A DNA stretch of 64,000 nt from Oopsacas minuta. Taxonomy: Eukaryota; Animalia; Porifera. Of the stretch, positions 32,487 through 58,663 are shown in pieces. How positions within the stretch are numbered: position 1 is the stretch's first letter; each line of letters starts with the position of its first letter. The notes under the pieces were generated by a model, which was not told the origin of the DNA, searched no databases, and worked only from the letters and a program-made list of their open reading frames with translations. A program made the position numbers and the translations under genes. Where the stretch lies: assembly GCA_024704765.1 (NCBI GenBank), contig JAKMXF010000088.1, positions 496,001 through 560,000 of the forward strand, given 5' to 3'.

Positions 32487-35400
32487 CAATCAAATGCAAA
32501 TCCAGAGGTACGCCCCCTCACAAGGACAAGGACAGATCCAATCCTCCAGGAACCATTCCCCAACAGATTCACAATCACAAGCTAATCCTCAACAACATCA
32601 AGCTAATAAGAGTAAAGTACGGTTAAAGAAAGTGTTCCTATGGTTACGGGATAACATCTTTCCAATAATCTCAGATTATGATTCAGATTCTGAAGATGAG
32701 GAACAGAGACAAGCGATTAAAGAGGAGAGGAAACTGCTGAAGAATCCACCGATTATTAAGCCAGAATTAAGAGTATGTTATTGTAGTACAGTCAACTCCC
32801 GTTACATCGAACACGGGTATATAGAAATAGCCGATTGTATCAAAGTAGTTATCACGGTCCCTTGTGCTTCGAACCTTCGATATACTAACTGGAGTTGACT
32901 GTATTAGCATTTTTATTCATAATAATCCATAGAAAATAGGATATTATTTGGAATATATGAATTCTGATTGGAATTATGGGCTTGGAAACGATCCAAATAA
33001 TATCTGAATATTTGTCAACTAACCAGTTGGGAACCGTTGAATTATCCAATTCAGGTTTTGAGTGTCTAAGTGAGAAATACAGTAGTTTGCTAGAATTCCA
33101 ATTACCTATCATTGTAACTATATTCCCTCTTCTAGTTGGCCAGACTTAAGAACAATATCCCTGCTCTAATGGGAATATATAACCACGGCAATACCTGCTT
33201 TATTAGCACTGTAATGCAGTGTTTATGCAATACTGAAGAATTTGCTCGTTACCTAGTTACCGATCAGTATGTAGCTGATCTTAAGGAATGTCAGAAATCT
33301 AAGAAGAATAGATTTGGTACTAGAGGCGATTTGACACAGCAGGTTGCTAATCTGTTGAAAAGTATGTGGTTAGGACAATATGATAACAGGTGAGTGATGG
33401 GTGGTTAATTCATTGATAGGTGACCAATTCTTCAGCAAAAGTCCTCACTTAATTCTCGCAGTTAACATATGCTACACTTATATAGAATTTCATGGTACTT
33501 CATACACACTGTTATGAAGCATGGAGAGCAATACAGAGGATATATGCAGCATGATGCCCAGGAATTCCTATTATGGATGTTAGATAATATTCATGAAGAT
33601 TTGAGAGTACAACAGAGGAGCAAAAAAGTTATTTACTATTTATTTATCTTCCACTGTTAGTTGGGAACTTGTTTCAGCTCCACCGCCCAGCATCAAGTTT
33701 ACCTTTCGCATGAATATTGTAATTATTGGAAATTCAACTACACAATATATTCACTAACTAACAGCACTGACTTTATCTTCACAGACCTCCTTTAACGCGC
33801 TTAAATAACTTATTTAGAAGTTGAATTTTTCCATGAATTGGCCAATTTGTAGTATGATAACGTCATAGAATAATGTGTAGCTGAAACAATTTTCTCATTA
33901 GCCTGATTAACCTTTTATATTTCCACGAATTTCTCTTATAGGGGCTTTTCTCAAAATCCAAGATTTCAACTGTCCCCCCACCTGGCCTACTCGGAGGACA
34001 ACATGACATGATTAACTCACCTAACACTATAATAACACAGCTGTTTAACGGACTATTCTTCTCATCCATCAGCTGTAAATTTTGCTCAAAGACAAGTGCA
34101 TCTCTTGAATCGTTCCTCTGTCTCTCTCTTCCTATACCTCAGAGACAAATACGGCCTCTGTATGTTACTGTTGTTCAGTATACTGCTCCAGCAGTTCAGA
34201 ATAAGAAGATAGGTAATAGTTGAACATTTGATAAATAGCGCAGTAAACTATCGCATACTTACCATCCTCCGGTATTTCTACAGGATTAATAATACCATTA
34301 ATCTGTACAGCACTTGACATTAAGAGAGAAATAGCTCAGAGAGAGGAAGTACCTGTTGAATACATTCTACTGTTTGAAGTATACAGTGACTGCTATGGAA
34401 GAATAGTTGTAGATTCTGATACAGTTTCTGAAGTTCAAAATAGAGGAGATTTTCTATATGCATTTGTTCTACCTAAACCTGAAGAGAGTGAAGGAGAAAT
34501 TGAGATTTCTCTCATTTGCATGAATGTTTATATGTATGGTAATTATCCTCGAAGGTAATTGGTCCTTGAGAAATTCTAAATACAGTCAGCTCCCGTTAAA
34601 TCGAAGCTCAAGGGACCGTGATAATTACTTCGATATGTCGGGAGTTGACTGCAATTTCATAGACATTTGCAGTTATTGTTCTGATTTTTAGAGAAACTTT
34701 AACTCAATATATATTTTGGCTTAGGTTCACCTATCCTTTCATAATTCAAGTAACAAAAGATATTCATGTTGTGAACTTAGAAAACTTAGTTTTGCAAAGA
34801 TTATTAGCTAAAACGAAACCTCTTGACATGGGACTAGTAAGTTACTTGACTACAGTGTAATCTCCATGCACGGTGAATTTCGCAGAAACTGGGAAACATT
34901 TTCGGCGCCCCTTAAACAGCTGGAGAAATGTGTCGTATATGTGTGTTAATATTTTAATCTCATTTCCAGTTGGAAGGTATTCACAGAATGTTTAAGATTA
35001 GAATGGTAGATGGAATGCCAGGGAAGAGTATTCTATCTCCTTACGAGAATAAACCGTTGTTAACACAATCAGCTGTCAAGTTAGTTATGTTGTGTACGAA
35101 TATTTATTATTAATTGTTTACTTGTTTGTTTGTTTGTTTACAGACCTCTGGAGAAGTCTGTTACGAATGCTGGACAGATATATTTACGTGTTATGTTAGA
35201 ATGGGAAAATGATATCAAAATGAGGTAATTATTTTGATTGTTTGTTTGTTTGTTTGTTTTCTTGTTTGCTTACTTATTTTAGAGTATTTGGTCGTTATCA
35301 AGAGTACAATTATGATGAATGTCTATCAGTAAAGAACACTCAAATATTCTTCAGAAAAGCTCATAAAGCTAACCTACTAGATTGCTTCCAGCTGCTTACA

Positions 35401-37152
35401 CAGAGAGAAGAACTATGTGAAGGTGAGGAATGGTATTGCTCTACTTGTAAAGGAAAGAAGCCCGGTATTAAGAAACTGGATTTCTTAGACACACCGAATG
35501 TATTGATAGTTCATCTAAAGAGGTTTAGACAGGTAAGAAAATACGTACAGAGAATAGAACACAGACAAGACAGACCCCCTTAGGAAAATTTTACATTTTT
35601 TGCCATATTTCTGGCTATTTTCGGGGAGGAATAACATGAAACGCCCTGTATCTTCTAGGTAGGATATCTCCGTCAGAAACTAGATACCATGATAGACTAC
35701 CCGCTAACTGATCTAGACCTAACTCAATTCATGATAAATAAAGAAGCAGTAGAACCATATTTGGTCCCTGGCCCCCCTCAAGCCCCCACCGGTCCCACCC
35801 CTCTTATAACAGACACAGACACTGGCAAAAAGAAAACTAAAAAACAGAAAAAGAATAAAATCCCCACTACTCAACAAATCCCACTTTCTGACTACACAGA
35901 TAACATATCAGCTGACATACAAGCATGTAGCAGCAGTAATATAAGCGTATGCTCTCGTAGCACTGAGCTAGAGCCTATTCCTGTAAACTGCTCATATGTA
36001 TACGATCTGTTTGCAGTAGGAAATCATCATGGGGGTATGACTGGAGGACATTATACGGCGTTTTGTAAGAATGCTATTAGTAAGAAATGGTATCTTATGG
36101 ATGATGATTTTGTACAAGAGGTGAGTAATTGGTGTTTGTATCAGTAGACTGAATAGACTCTAGTTAATCGGGTTACTTGGCCAGAAACAGAACCTCTCCT
36201 TAATCGGGTCATAAGGCCTTGATTCCGAAATGAACCTATTAATTAAGCAGTGGTTCCTAACCTTTTCAATCGTCGACCCCCCCTATACCAATTTTACCAT
36301 ATTGTATGTACCCTTCCTATAGACTGCAATACAAATATTGAGATCAGGTGGACCCCCTGCTGTCCTTCGTGGCCCACCAAGGGGCATATGGATCATAGGT
36401 TAGGAACCGCTATGTTCTACAAATTTAGAAGTCAGATAATTACGAAAAATGATTCTTTTAGTTCAACTAGAAATTATATAATTATACCCTAGGAGCTAAC
36501 GAATTTACTATTTTTTGCCATTTGAGTATTTCCAATTATTCAGGTTAACGATAAGAAAGTCCTGACATCTCATGCCTACCTGCTATTCTACAAGAGAAGA
36601 GAAGTACAGCCTTCAACTGAACGGCCTAACCAATCAGAAGATGGAGTTTCTCCTAATGCCAATCTTCATGACGTCACAATAGGCACTGAGCATTGGCTAA
36701 ACAGGTTCAATGTTAAGATACCACAGCCTGAAGCTATTGTGAATAATCCTAACACCTCTAAAGTGATCCCTCCGACTCCATCTCATCAACCAATGCGTCC
36801 TCCCCTTCAACGCTCGAACACAGCACCACCACACCGGCGACGGAGTGATGAGAAACACTCTAGTGCATTTGGGAGAAAGAAAATCGATTCGACACAAATT
36901 ACAAAAGTAAACGCGTCAATTCCTCCCTATAACATAACTACTATACAATCACAAGCATTAGCTCAAACTCCTTCTGTCCCGAATTTCCAACGATTAGACC
37001 AATGTGTACCAAGTACATGTACGTCCTCTACTCACTCTCAGCATGGATACCCGATTAAAAAGACATTTTCTCAGCCCAACATACCACATGGGCATTATTG
37101 CGTAAATTCTCCAGACCTCAGGGCGAGGGCTATTAATGAAACGAGCGTATAA
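32479..37152 (+). CDS. Ubiquitin-specific protease, USP31/USP43-like, multi-exon
   Basis: Cys box GIYNHGNTCF, QHDAQEFLLWMLD, WYCSTCK, LIVHLKRF, His box YDLFAVGNHHG.MTGGHYTAFC, AYLLFY. Confidence 0.88.
32789..32901. mobile_element. MITE family A
   Basis: TIRs with TA flanks; USP intron. Confidence 0.85.
33654..33903. mobile_element. Repeat family E (TIR core CTGTTA.TG.GAACTTGTTTCAGCTCCAC; possibly PIF/Harbinger-like)
   Basis: Shared with 42661-42821, 56147-56440, 19560-19845 (inverted) and ~13600-14006. Confidence 0.8.
34583..34651. mobile_element. MITE family A, 69-bp minimal form
   Basis: TIRs; USP intron. Confidence 0.8.
36248..36412. mobile_element. MITE family D
   Basis: TIRs. Partial relatives near 18455-18590, 40470-40590 and 42405-42470. 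Confidence 0.75.
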
Positions 37153-37449
37153 TCGTTTTGAGAATGTAATTTCCAATTTGTACTCAATTTTTACGTTTTA
37201 ATCCTGAGCTATTCAGCTATTGTATATCACATGTATTGTTTGTATAGATTGTTCAGTTAATTACTCATGATATTGTTGGTGGTATTCTACATGTTAACAG
37301 GCTCGGACCAATTTTTCAAATATTTGGAGACTGTCTATTGGTGTACTTGTTGACCCGGGCCATTTTCCCAATTGTTGCAGTGTTTTCATCTGTCAACAAA
37401 ATGTGTATAATGTTCTATGAGAGTTTATAGACTGTGTACAAATACGATA

Positions 37450-37527
37450 CAGTGTAACCTGCACGAACGGGGTGCCAGGAACGCCGAAAATGCTACCCCC
37501 GCTTCCCCGTTTGTGGAGGTTTCACTG
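37450..37527. mobile_element. MITE family B, 78-bp form
   Basis: TIRs with TA flanks. Confidence 0.85.
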
Positions 37528-37654
37528 TAACTTCTTTGTATTCTAAAGTAAAGTTTGCTACCCCGTAATTATTTTATAAATGGAGAAATTCACACAATAG
37601 AAAAACGTTTATTGATCCTAACCAAACGAACAATAATAATAATAAATAATTGTG

Positions 37655-38482
37655 CTACTCTTTCTTCTTTGATTCCTCACAAAATTTCCTGTACTGATGA
37701 TCTGTACCGAACAGTTTATCCCAATAAGTAAAAGTTGAAGAGAAATTTCCAACAAATATTTTATGATGAAAATCATGAAAATGTGCCCCTCCGTAATACG
37801 GAAGTAAATGCAATGGTTGCCAGTGATTATACCCAGTATGCGCGTCCACTGCTTCTATAACTCTCAAACACATCCAGAGCCACATAAAAATCAGGTGATC
37901 ACAAAAGATAACAATCCCGATAAAGAACCCACCCCCCAGGATGATTGTCTCAATCGGGTGTGCATACTCCGCTGCTAACCCGAACGGTGCTTGGAAATTA
38001 TGATGTACCTTATGGATGTATTTGTAGAAAGACCCGTGGTGTAGTATACGATGAAAGAAATAATGCCAACAGTCTTCAATCAATAAACACAATAATGATT
38101 TGAATAGGAGCTTATACCATGGGGGAATCGATTCGTAGTCGTATGGAGTACCGGTTATCTCTGTATAGGTGAATACGGTTGAGATCATTGGGAGTTGTAT
38201 GAATAAATGACTGAAAATTATTAGTTTGAGGCATTTCCATTGATTCGCCCACGTCTCTGGCTTGTCTTGTTGTATTTTCAATTTCTGCATTGCTGGGATG
38301 AATTGGAATATGAATGCAGGGAAGGAAATTATAAAATACGCTAATTCGTGTGCTAATAATGACCCCCAAGTTGCAATTGCGAATTTAGAATAGTTGTCTA
38401 TCATGAATCGCCATGATTGCTCGAAATAACCCCGGTCTGTGTAGTCTGTCAAGACAAATGAATTCTGTGATGCAATCTCCAT
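37655..38482 (-). CDS. MSMO1: Methylsterol (C4) monooxygenase, intronless
   Basis: His clusters HYFFHRILHH, HKVHH, HFHDFHH; APFGLAAEYAHP.ET; WDKLFGTD. Confidence 0.93.
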   Translation of the reverse strand: MEIASQNSFVLTDYTDRGYFEQSWRFMIDNYSKFAIATWGSLLAHELAYFIISFPAFIFQFIPAMQKLKIQQDKPETWANQWKCLKLIIFSHLFIQLPMISTVFTYTEITGTPYDYESIPPWYKLLFKSLLCLLIEDCWHYFFHRILHHGSFYKYIHKVHHNFQAPFGLAAEYAHPIETIILGGGFFIGIVIFCDHLIFMWLWMCLRVIEAVDAHTGYNHWQPLHLLPYYGGAHFHDFHHKIFVGNFSSTFTYWDKLFGTDHQYRKFCEESKKKE

Positions 38483-38832
38483 TGAAAATACTTGATTAAT
38501 GCAAGAACTTGATATATATGTCCTGCTTGATCATCCGATACACATGATTGCCTGATTATCACGCGAGATATTATAAGAGTTACCTTAAAGGGAGATGATC
38601 AATCCAAACGCGATGAGTCATAGCAAAGGTGATATTTTCAGGATTTTTAAAGTGACCTTTTGTTGTATAGGGGCATTTCCATACTGCAATAACTCAGGGG
38701 AAATGAAAATTTGAGTTACCGGGTGTGTTGACTGTAATTGGTGTTCATCGTTCAGAAAGATTATCGTCTGTTAAGTATACTCTGTTTATAATATGTAACT
38801 CATTTGATTTCAATTAGCAGTTCTTATACCAA

Positions 38833-39456
38833 ATGTCTAAAGCTAACAATATCTACTATTCAGACAAATACTGTGATGAGTGTTTCGAGTATAGGTTTGT
38901 TTGTTTGTTGATGTTTGTATTTATTTATATCTTATGATTTATTACACACAGGCATGTAATGCTCCCCAAAGATGTGTGTCGTATGGTACCCAAGGGTAGA
39001 CTTATGAGCGAAGCTGAGTGGAGAGGTCTAGGAGTACAACAGTCTAGAGGGTGGATACACTACATGGTGCATGATCCTGGTGAGTACGGACCAACCCTCA
39101 TAATATTTTCACGGGATTTCTTGTAAAATCGCAGGATAATCCAGAGATACTGGGAGAGTTGATAAGCATGTGTGCTTTTATCTCGGAATTGGGATTTGGC
39201 GTATACGGTAAAACGGATAAGACGTACAGTCAACTCCTGTTATATCAAACACGGAAATATCCCAATATCCGCTTATATTGAATTATCGCGGTCCCTTGAG
39301 CTTCGATATAACGGAAGTTGACGTATTATCCGAGTTCTACTGTAATTCTTTCCTCTCCTTCTAGAGCCTCATATCTTGCTATTCAGGAGAGAACTAACCG
39401 AAGAGATGAAGAAACAACAAAGACAAGAAGGATGTGAACAAACAGCAACCTGTTAG
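38833..39456 (+). CDS. CKS1: CDK regulatory subunit CKS (join 38833-38894, 38952-39079, 39365-39456); absent from the ORF track
   Basis: Hand splicing gives IYYSDKY.D..FEYRHVMLPK...[33 protein letters not shown] with consistent GT-AG phases. Confidence 0.95.
39227..39323. mobile_element. MITE family A nested inside a family C element
   Basis: TA at 39225-39226 and 39324-39325; family C termini on either side. Confidence 0.8.
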
Positions 39457-40040
39457 TTTGACATCCCGGTCACTTATGAGAAAACGATTGTGCATATCTC
39501 TCTGATTCAATTTTATCCATTTTAGATTAGACTATGTTACCGTTGGGAATATTTAGCCCTTTATTACTAATAGTTGTTAATTAACTTCTATAAGTTGTGA
39601 TGTCTATTAAGTTAGATACTGATATACTATTTGGAATGTTGTAAGAGTTAAACAGGGATTATGGGATAGAGTCAACTCCCGTTAGATCGATTATCGAAGC
39701 TCGAAAATTACTTAGATATAACAGTGTTCGAAATAATGGTGACTGTAATCTAATATCATTGGTATACATCGAACTGCGCCGATATCGAAGTAATCACGGT
39801 CCCTTGAGCTTCAATATACTGGATCTGTGAATAGACTAGTTACAAATTGGATCATAATAGAAGTTCTCAGGGATATTTGAAGATAGGGATTGAGTGACCA
39901 ACATTAAAACACGGTAACATTTAATTTGCCTTCTGAGAGAAATATACAAGCTATTAAAAATCACCAAATAAAATCTCAACAACAACAGTACAGGAATGGA
40001 ATGCCATTATATTAACAATCTCAATTAATTATATCAGGCG

Positions 40041-53214
<13,174 letters not shown>

Positions 53215-53240
53215 AAACTAACTTAGATACATTGCAAATA

Positions 53241-53395
53241 CAGTCAACTACCGTTAAGATCGAAATACTCGCTTATATTGAAGTGTGGAATTGTACAAGT
53301 TGCTCCCAAACCGTCGAAGTAATATGAATTTTATCGGTGATATCGAAGTAATTATCGCGGGCCCCTTTGAGCTTCGATATAACAGGAGTTGACTG
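53241..53395. mobile_element. MITE family A
   Basis: TIRs and family core. Further partial copies near 9315-9409, 10735-10790, 21560-21682, 22491-22576, 30690-30770, 39668-39830 and 56672-56830. Confidence 0.85.
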
Positions 53396-54535
53396 TCTTA
53401 AAGATAATCAATGAATGAATTTACATAGCCGAAATATTTCAAATCTGTAGGAAATTATCATATTATACACTCTTGCATTGCTTACAGCATTTATGTAACT
53501 ATGCAAAAATCATTCTAATTCATAGAATTGAAAGATTTACAAAATATTTCAATTGCTAGTATTTATAGTAATTGCAGACCAACGGAAGAAATACAGTTAG
53601 TTGGATACATACACTTGACAGGTGGCTATAGTGTTATCAGAAAATACTCAAAGGAATAGTCATTAGTAGATTCATTTACATATGATAATATCGCGAGACA
53701 ATTCTCTGGGGAAATAGCGTCAGTAGGTGTTAACTTTGTTTATAAGAACATATTCTAGTACAGATTAACCTCCACATACGGTGCCACGAACGCCGAAAAA
53801 GATTACCCCGTTTGTGGAGGTTACACTATACTCCAAAAGGTGTTCATATAATCAGTATCCACTATGTATACACTTAGGAGACCGTCAAAATTTCAACTTC
53901 TTATCCAAATTTCTTATTAACAAGAGTTTACTGATATTTCTTGTACGATACACATTTCTATACAGTTAAAATTCCGATTTTATGTAAACAAACAAATAAA
54001 CATTGCCTTTATGCGGCAAGATGAGAGGCTTTTTCTAATCAGAAATCACAAAAATCTTTGTATTGGATTCTAATTGAGTAAGTTATGTTTATAGCTAGCA
54101 CACATGGCATTCCCGTGTGTTTTGTAAGAATCTTAGAAGTTATGCTTATAAGATATTTCCCAACTCAGCTCTGTGTTGCTATAGGGAATAAAACAGAATC
54201 TGTGATGTTGTGAGAATTCTATTCATGTGTTGTTGATTATTCGGATAGTATCCCTCCCTGGATTTACATATCACCCCCGAAATATCCAGAAAATAGTATT
54301 CACTATTAATTCTCCAGATATTAGGAAAGGCATTCAGACACTATACTTGTGGATTTGACCTCTGAACACACCCCGGTGAGGTTATTGATAACCAAATGCA
54401 TTTCGAGCTATGAAATGAAGCTATTATTAAACTTTAATCACAGATATAAAAATTTAATACAAACTGATAAACATCAATAACAAATAGCAACTTCAAGATC
54501 TGTATATGAATAAAACAAACAAACAAACACAATTA

Positions 54536-56488
54536 TTATTTACCTTTCTTACAAAAACAACACAAACATTTATTCCAAATCCATTTCCCCCAACCTACCC
54601 AGATCAGTAGATTTGTTTTGAGTATGAAAATCAGGAAGAATGAATTAATAATAAGTCTATAGCAGATGTTATATACGGACAGCCAAATGGGAGGATATTT
54701 ATCAATATAAGGCTTAATCTCATCACAAATTGTCCCGTTTTTCCAGGTCGCTGCAGGAATTAGATCGGATGTAGCGTTATGATAGAAAGATATGTTTCCT
54801 CGCTTTTCAATGAGAGGACTAGAAAGAGTAACGCAAGCTCTGGAATTGTAGATTTGACTAAATTCTTCTTCGTAAAGTGTGAAAAATTGGGCTGATTCAA
54901 CTATGAAGAAGTAAAAGACAAGGCTGGATATGATACAGTAGATTATTAGACGAATTTCAAGTGGGGAGAGTTTCCTGCCTTTTCCTAACAGATGTTTGCT
55001 ATCAATCGACATGAAACGGAGGCGAGTTAGGATAAGAATGATGAATATCAGTGAAAAAGTCGCAGTGAAATAATCTGGAATAATTCTGCCTATTACATAT
55101 GCAGCTGTATGTGTATAGTCAGGGAAACTTCCAAATGCATCCCAAAATAATTTCACCTGGGACGCCAGTACTGTAATTACGAATAGCAATGGAACCCCAA
55201 ATGAGATCACAATCTCAATGATAACAAGGACATTTTTGACTCTACCTTGTGGATCAAATGTTGATGGGCCTAGAGTGCTGAGATAGATATTCAAGAGGGT
55301 GAATAGAGTCCAAAACATGACTGCTATTCTAAGGTAATGAATAAGAGCCCCTGCAGCCATTAGGTTAGGTTGGAATTCGACAAACTGGTCGTCAAAACTT
55401 TGGGTAACGTCAAATCCACAAAAAACACCGGGTAAGTCTATTACAACAAATATACAAGTCAACAGTGTGAGGCAGATCACTAGAAACAAGATAGTAATTT
55501 GTGGGAATTTCCAGAAAGACTTCACAAACGGCCATGTTATGAGCGTGAAAATGCCTAGAATAGCGCCAGAAATATCTATGAAAAGTATGATAATAGTATC
55601 TATAAGCAGTGCAGTATCGCTAAAGATTAAATCCGGATGGTTACAAGCCGGAGAGCAGAACATAGAATTCTCAGAATGGATGTAATTCACGGGACACTTT
55701 ATCTCATAATCAATCGATGAATTTGTCAAATTAGTCAGTGATTCAACTAATTCTAACGTGACATTGAAGCTATTTAGTTCAGCTGTCGTAGTAAAGATAT
55801 CTACAATAAGTTCCAAGATAATGGCACTGGCGCTGAACACAATGATAAACGCAATTAAGGAGAATGAAAAAAGGCAAAGAATGAATTTTTCCCATTTTGG
55901 AGCCAAAAGTGAACGTTTTCTAGGGAAAAAATCTTCAAGATATTTACTTGATTCCTCGTTTATTTTGAATTTTTGCGTGGCAACATACTCCAAGTCCTTT
56001 TCTTGTGTCTTGATAATTTCAAAAGTTGGATTTTCTGCTACGAAGCAAGTTGGAGTTTCCAGTAAACTCGGGGTTTCTGCAAATTCTGTATCTGTCGTCT
56101 AAAAGATATAACAGTATTTATACACGTTTTATTTGGTGTTCTATAAGGACACTGTTAGTTGGGAACTTGTTCCAGATCCACCGCTCGCATCAAGTTTACC
56201 TGGCACATTAATTATTTCATTATTTCACCATTTTATCAGTGAAACTCAACAACAATATATTTACTAACTAACGGGTGAATAGTAGTGATTATATCTTCAC
56301 AGACCTCCTCTAACACGCTTAATTACACATATTTACAAGTTGAGTCTTTGAATTTTTACATGAATTGGCCATTTTGTGTTATGAGTTATTATAACGTCAA
56401 AAAGAATGCGTAGCTGAAACAGGCCCCCCTTTAACAGGACGTGAATACAAACATTAATATAATTTACCTGTGTTATTTGGCTATCCAT
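54536..56488 (-). CDS. Frizzled/Smoothened-like receptor without CRD (join 56488-56468, 56098-54536)
   Basis: Seven TM segments with class-F-like landmarks (FWKFPQITILF, KLSPLEIRL, C-terminal KTNLLIW), a Cys-containing linker and an extra N-terminal TM. A 21-nt ATG exon splices in phase 0. Confidence 0.65.
56147..56440. mobile_element. Repeat family E
   Basis: Fills most of the receptor-gene intron 56099-56467. Confidence 0.8.
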
Positions 56489-57225
56489 TAATTCGTGAGT
56501 GAAGATTACTGAATTTGACTTTGTATAGTATTTTAATGTTATTTTCAAGTATTTATAAGGAGTAGACAATGTCAGGATTAATAGACAAACATGCATAATG
56601 TTAGTGTTCTTTCCTTACACAAGCAGAAATGGTAAATGTCTTACATGAATATGTAAGAAATAATAGAAGACATACATTCAACTCCCTGAAGGGACGGTGA
56701 AGGGACGGTGATAATTACTTCGATAGAAGCGGAGTTCGAAGTGACCAATAACGTATATATTACTTTGACGGTTTGTGACCATATTTGTACAATTTTAGAC
56801 TTCGATATGAGCGGTTATTTCAATATACAGTGGGTCCTCTCTAATTATCCACATGTTTACACATTAATCGCGTAATTGTATTCACTTCGAGTTCAGTAAT
56901 TGTCCAAGGGTTCTCTAATTGTGCGATTTGAACTCCGCCGCCCACACTGGTGGAAAATCAGAGAGGAACCGCTGTACATTAAAATCGAAGTCACCCCCAG
57001 AGCGTGTTCAGAGGTAAAATTCACAAGTATGGTCTATCCTCATACCTGTGGAAAAGTTTCTTATCAATTACTCTCCTTCAGTCCGCTGAACAAGCAATGT
57101 TTGGGTTAAATAACAAAAGAAACGATGACAATAATAATATCCAAATAGTCATAATATTGTGACGGTAAAGTATATAAATGAACAGTATTAATTAGCTTAT
57201 ACAAATGAATAAACATATTTTGGTG

Positions 57226-57996
57226 TCAATTTAGTGGTGTCCTGCATGTGGGACAAGAATCATGTAGGCTTAACCAGGGGACGATACAGTCCTTATGGTA
57301 TACGTGACCACAGGGCATCTGTAGAGCTTTCTCAGACATGTTGAAGTCTTCTTTACAGACCGCACAGTCCAGGCTGTTTTCTATTTCTTTTTCACTTATA
57401 TCGATCGTGATTAGTGAATCGATTCGATCCCTTGTGGCTGGCGGAGGGCCGTTGTCACCTAATTGGTTCAGGAATTGAGTGAGAATATCGTCCATTGCGT
57501 TCGGTCCGAATGCAAAGTCTCCCATTTGTGGGAGATTTTGAGGAGCGACGAGATTGTTCAAATGCTGAAAAATATTCCCGATTGAGTCGGCACTGGTTAG
57601 AATTGAAATACGCCGAATTCTAGATTGCGGGGCTGCTGGTTGTGGAGCCGAGGCTTGGTCGGGAGTAGGGACACCCGGGGAGCCAACAGGGATAGGGGTA
57701 GGATTGTGTGGGGGAAATAAAGTCGAGAATATATTCGGCGTCCCGAAAACGAATTGTGGTGGGGGGCGAATCTGAGGTGCCGGCGGCTGTTGAGTCGATT
57801 CTGAGGGCGCGTTCTCTTCCCAAACATGCATAAAATGTGAAAAATCATCCTCATTAGTCACCGGTTGAGTAGATTTCAATTCTACAAACGAATCTCCACA
57901 TTTCGTACAAGTTGGCTCGTCTTTCTCCACATTTAAGTGAAAATTTTCCTCGCAATTATAGCAGAAAAAATTGTATTTCAATGAAGCTGAGGCCAT
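57226..57996 (-). CDS. RNF115: RING-H2 E3 ligase RNF115/RNF126-like, intronless
   Basis: N-terminal FFCYNC...C.KC zinc finger, GPPPA, RING-H2 CAVCKEDF...MPCGHVYHKDCIVPWL..HDSCPTCR. Confidence 0.88.
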   Translation of the reverse strand: MASASLKYNFFCYNCEENFHLNVEKDEPTCTKCGDSFVELKSTQPVTNEDDFSHFMHVWEENAPSESTQQPPAPQIRPPPQFVFGTPNIFSTLFPPHNPTPIPVGSPGVPTPDQASAPQPAAPQSRIRRISILTSADSIGNIFQHLNNLVAPQNLPQMGDFAFGPNAMDDILTQFLNQLGDNGPPPATRDRIDSLITIDISEKEIENSLDCAVCKEDFNMSEKALQMPCGHVYHKDCIVPWLSLHDSCPTCRTPLN

Positions 57997-58421
57997 TTTG
58001 TGTAATTGTATTATTTGAATGTATATTTATGGATTGTAAGTGAATACTATATGGTTAGTGGTTGGCTGGCTTTTCTAATTCATTCAATAGTGGATGGTTG
58101 TTCAATTTATTATTATATGATTTCTTCTAGAATTTTCTACCTAGATATTATCGAATTTTCTAGAAGTTCTTTGTAAAATCGAACGCAAGAATAGAATTTA
58201 TTTACGTATTTGGAGCAATAATAATGTCTAATTTTAGAATATGAAAGTTCTAAAGGTATTACGTCACACGGCCATTCACGTATTCAAATATATCTTCGTA
58301 CGCATTTCCAAAGCCTGGTACTTTGAGTTCTTTGTTACTGTCCCATTACTACTTAGATAAACACCTGGTTGTGTCATGTCATACCCAAATTGGAAATATT
58401 CCGCTAACTGGAATATGAATA

Positions 58422-58571
58422 CAGTAGAACTCGGATAAGACGTACCCCCGCGGGAAACAGAAATTAGACGTCTTATCCAAATATGTTTGCATTACAAATA
58501 ATGATGACTGATATTTTGGGATATAAGAAATAGTACGTCTCAACCGAGTAAGTCTTATCCGAGTTCTACTG
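58422..58571. mobile_element. MITE family C (20-bp perfect TIR CAGTAGAACTCGGATAAGAC, TA target)
   Basis: Perfect TIR with TA on both sides; relatives at 18590-18666, 39206-39342 and 9970-9998. Confidence 0.9.
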
Positions 58572-58663
58572 TATATGCTAGCCGACAAACATCCCATTTT
58601 GAAAATTATAAATTTCTTTTAATCGATAGCATAAATAATAATGTGTTAAGCTATTAAACATTA

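Noticed and set aside
55991-55993. Start of the 485-aa receptor ORF
   Set aside because: It is a TTG; the frame stays open to an acceptor at 56099 and a real ATG exon lies at 56488.
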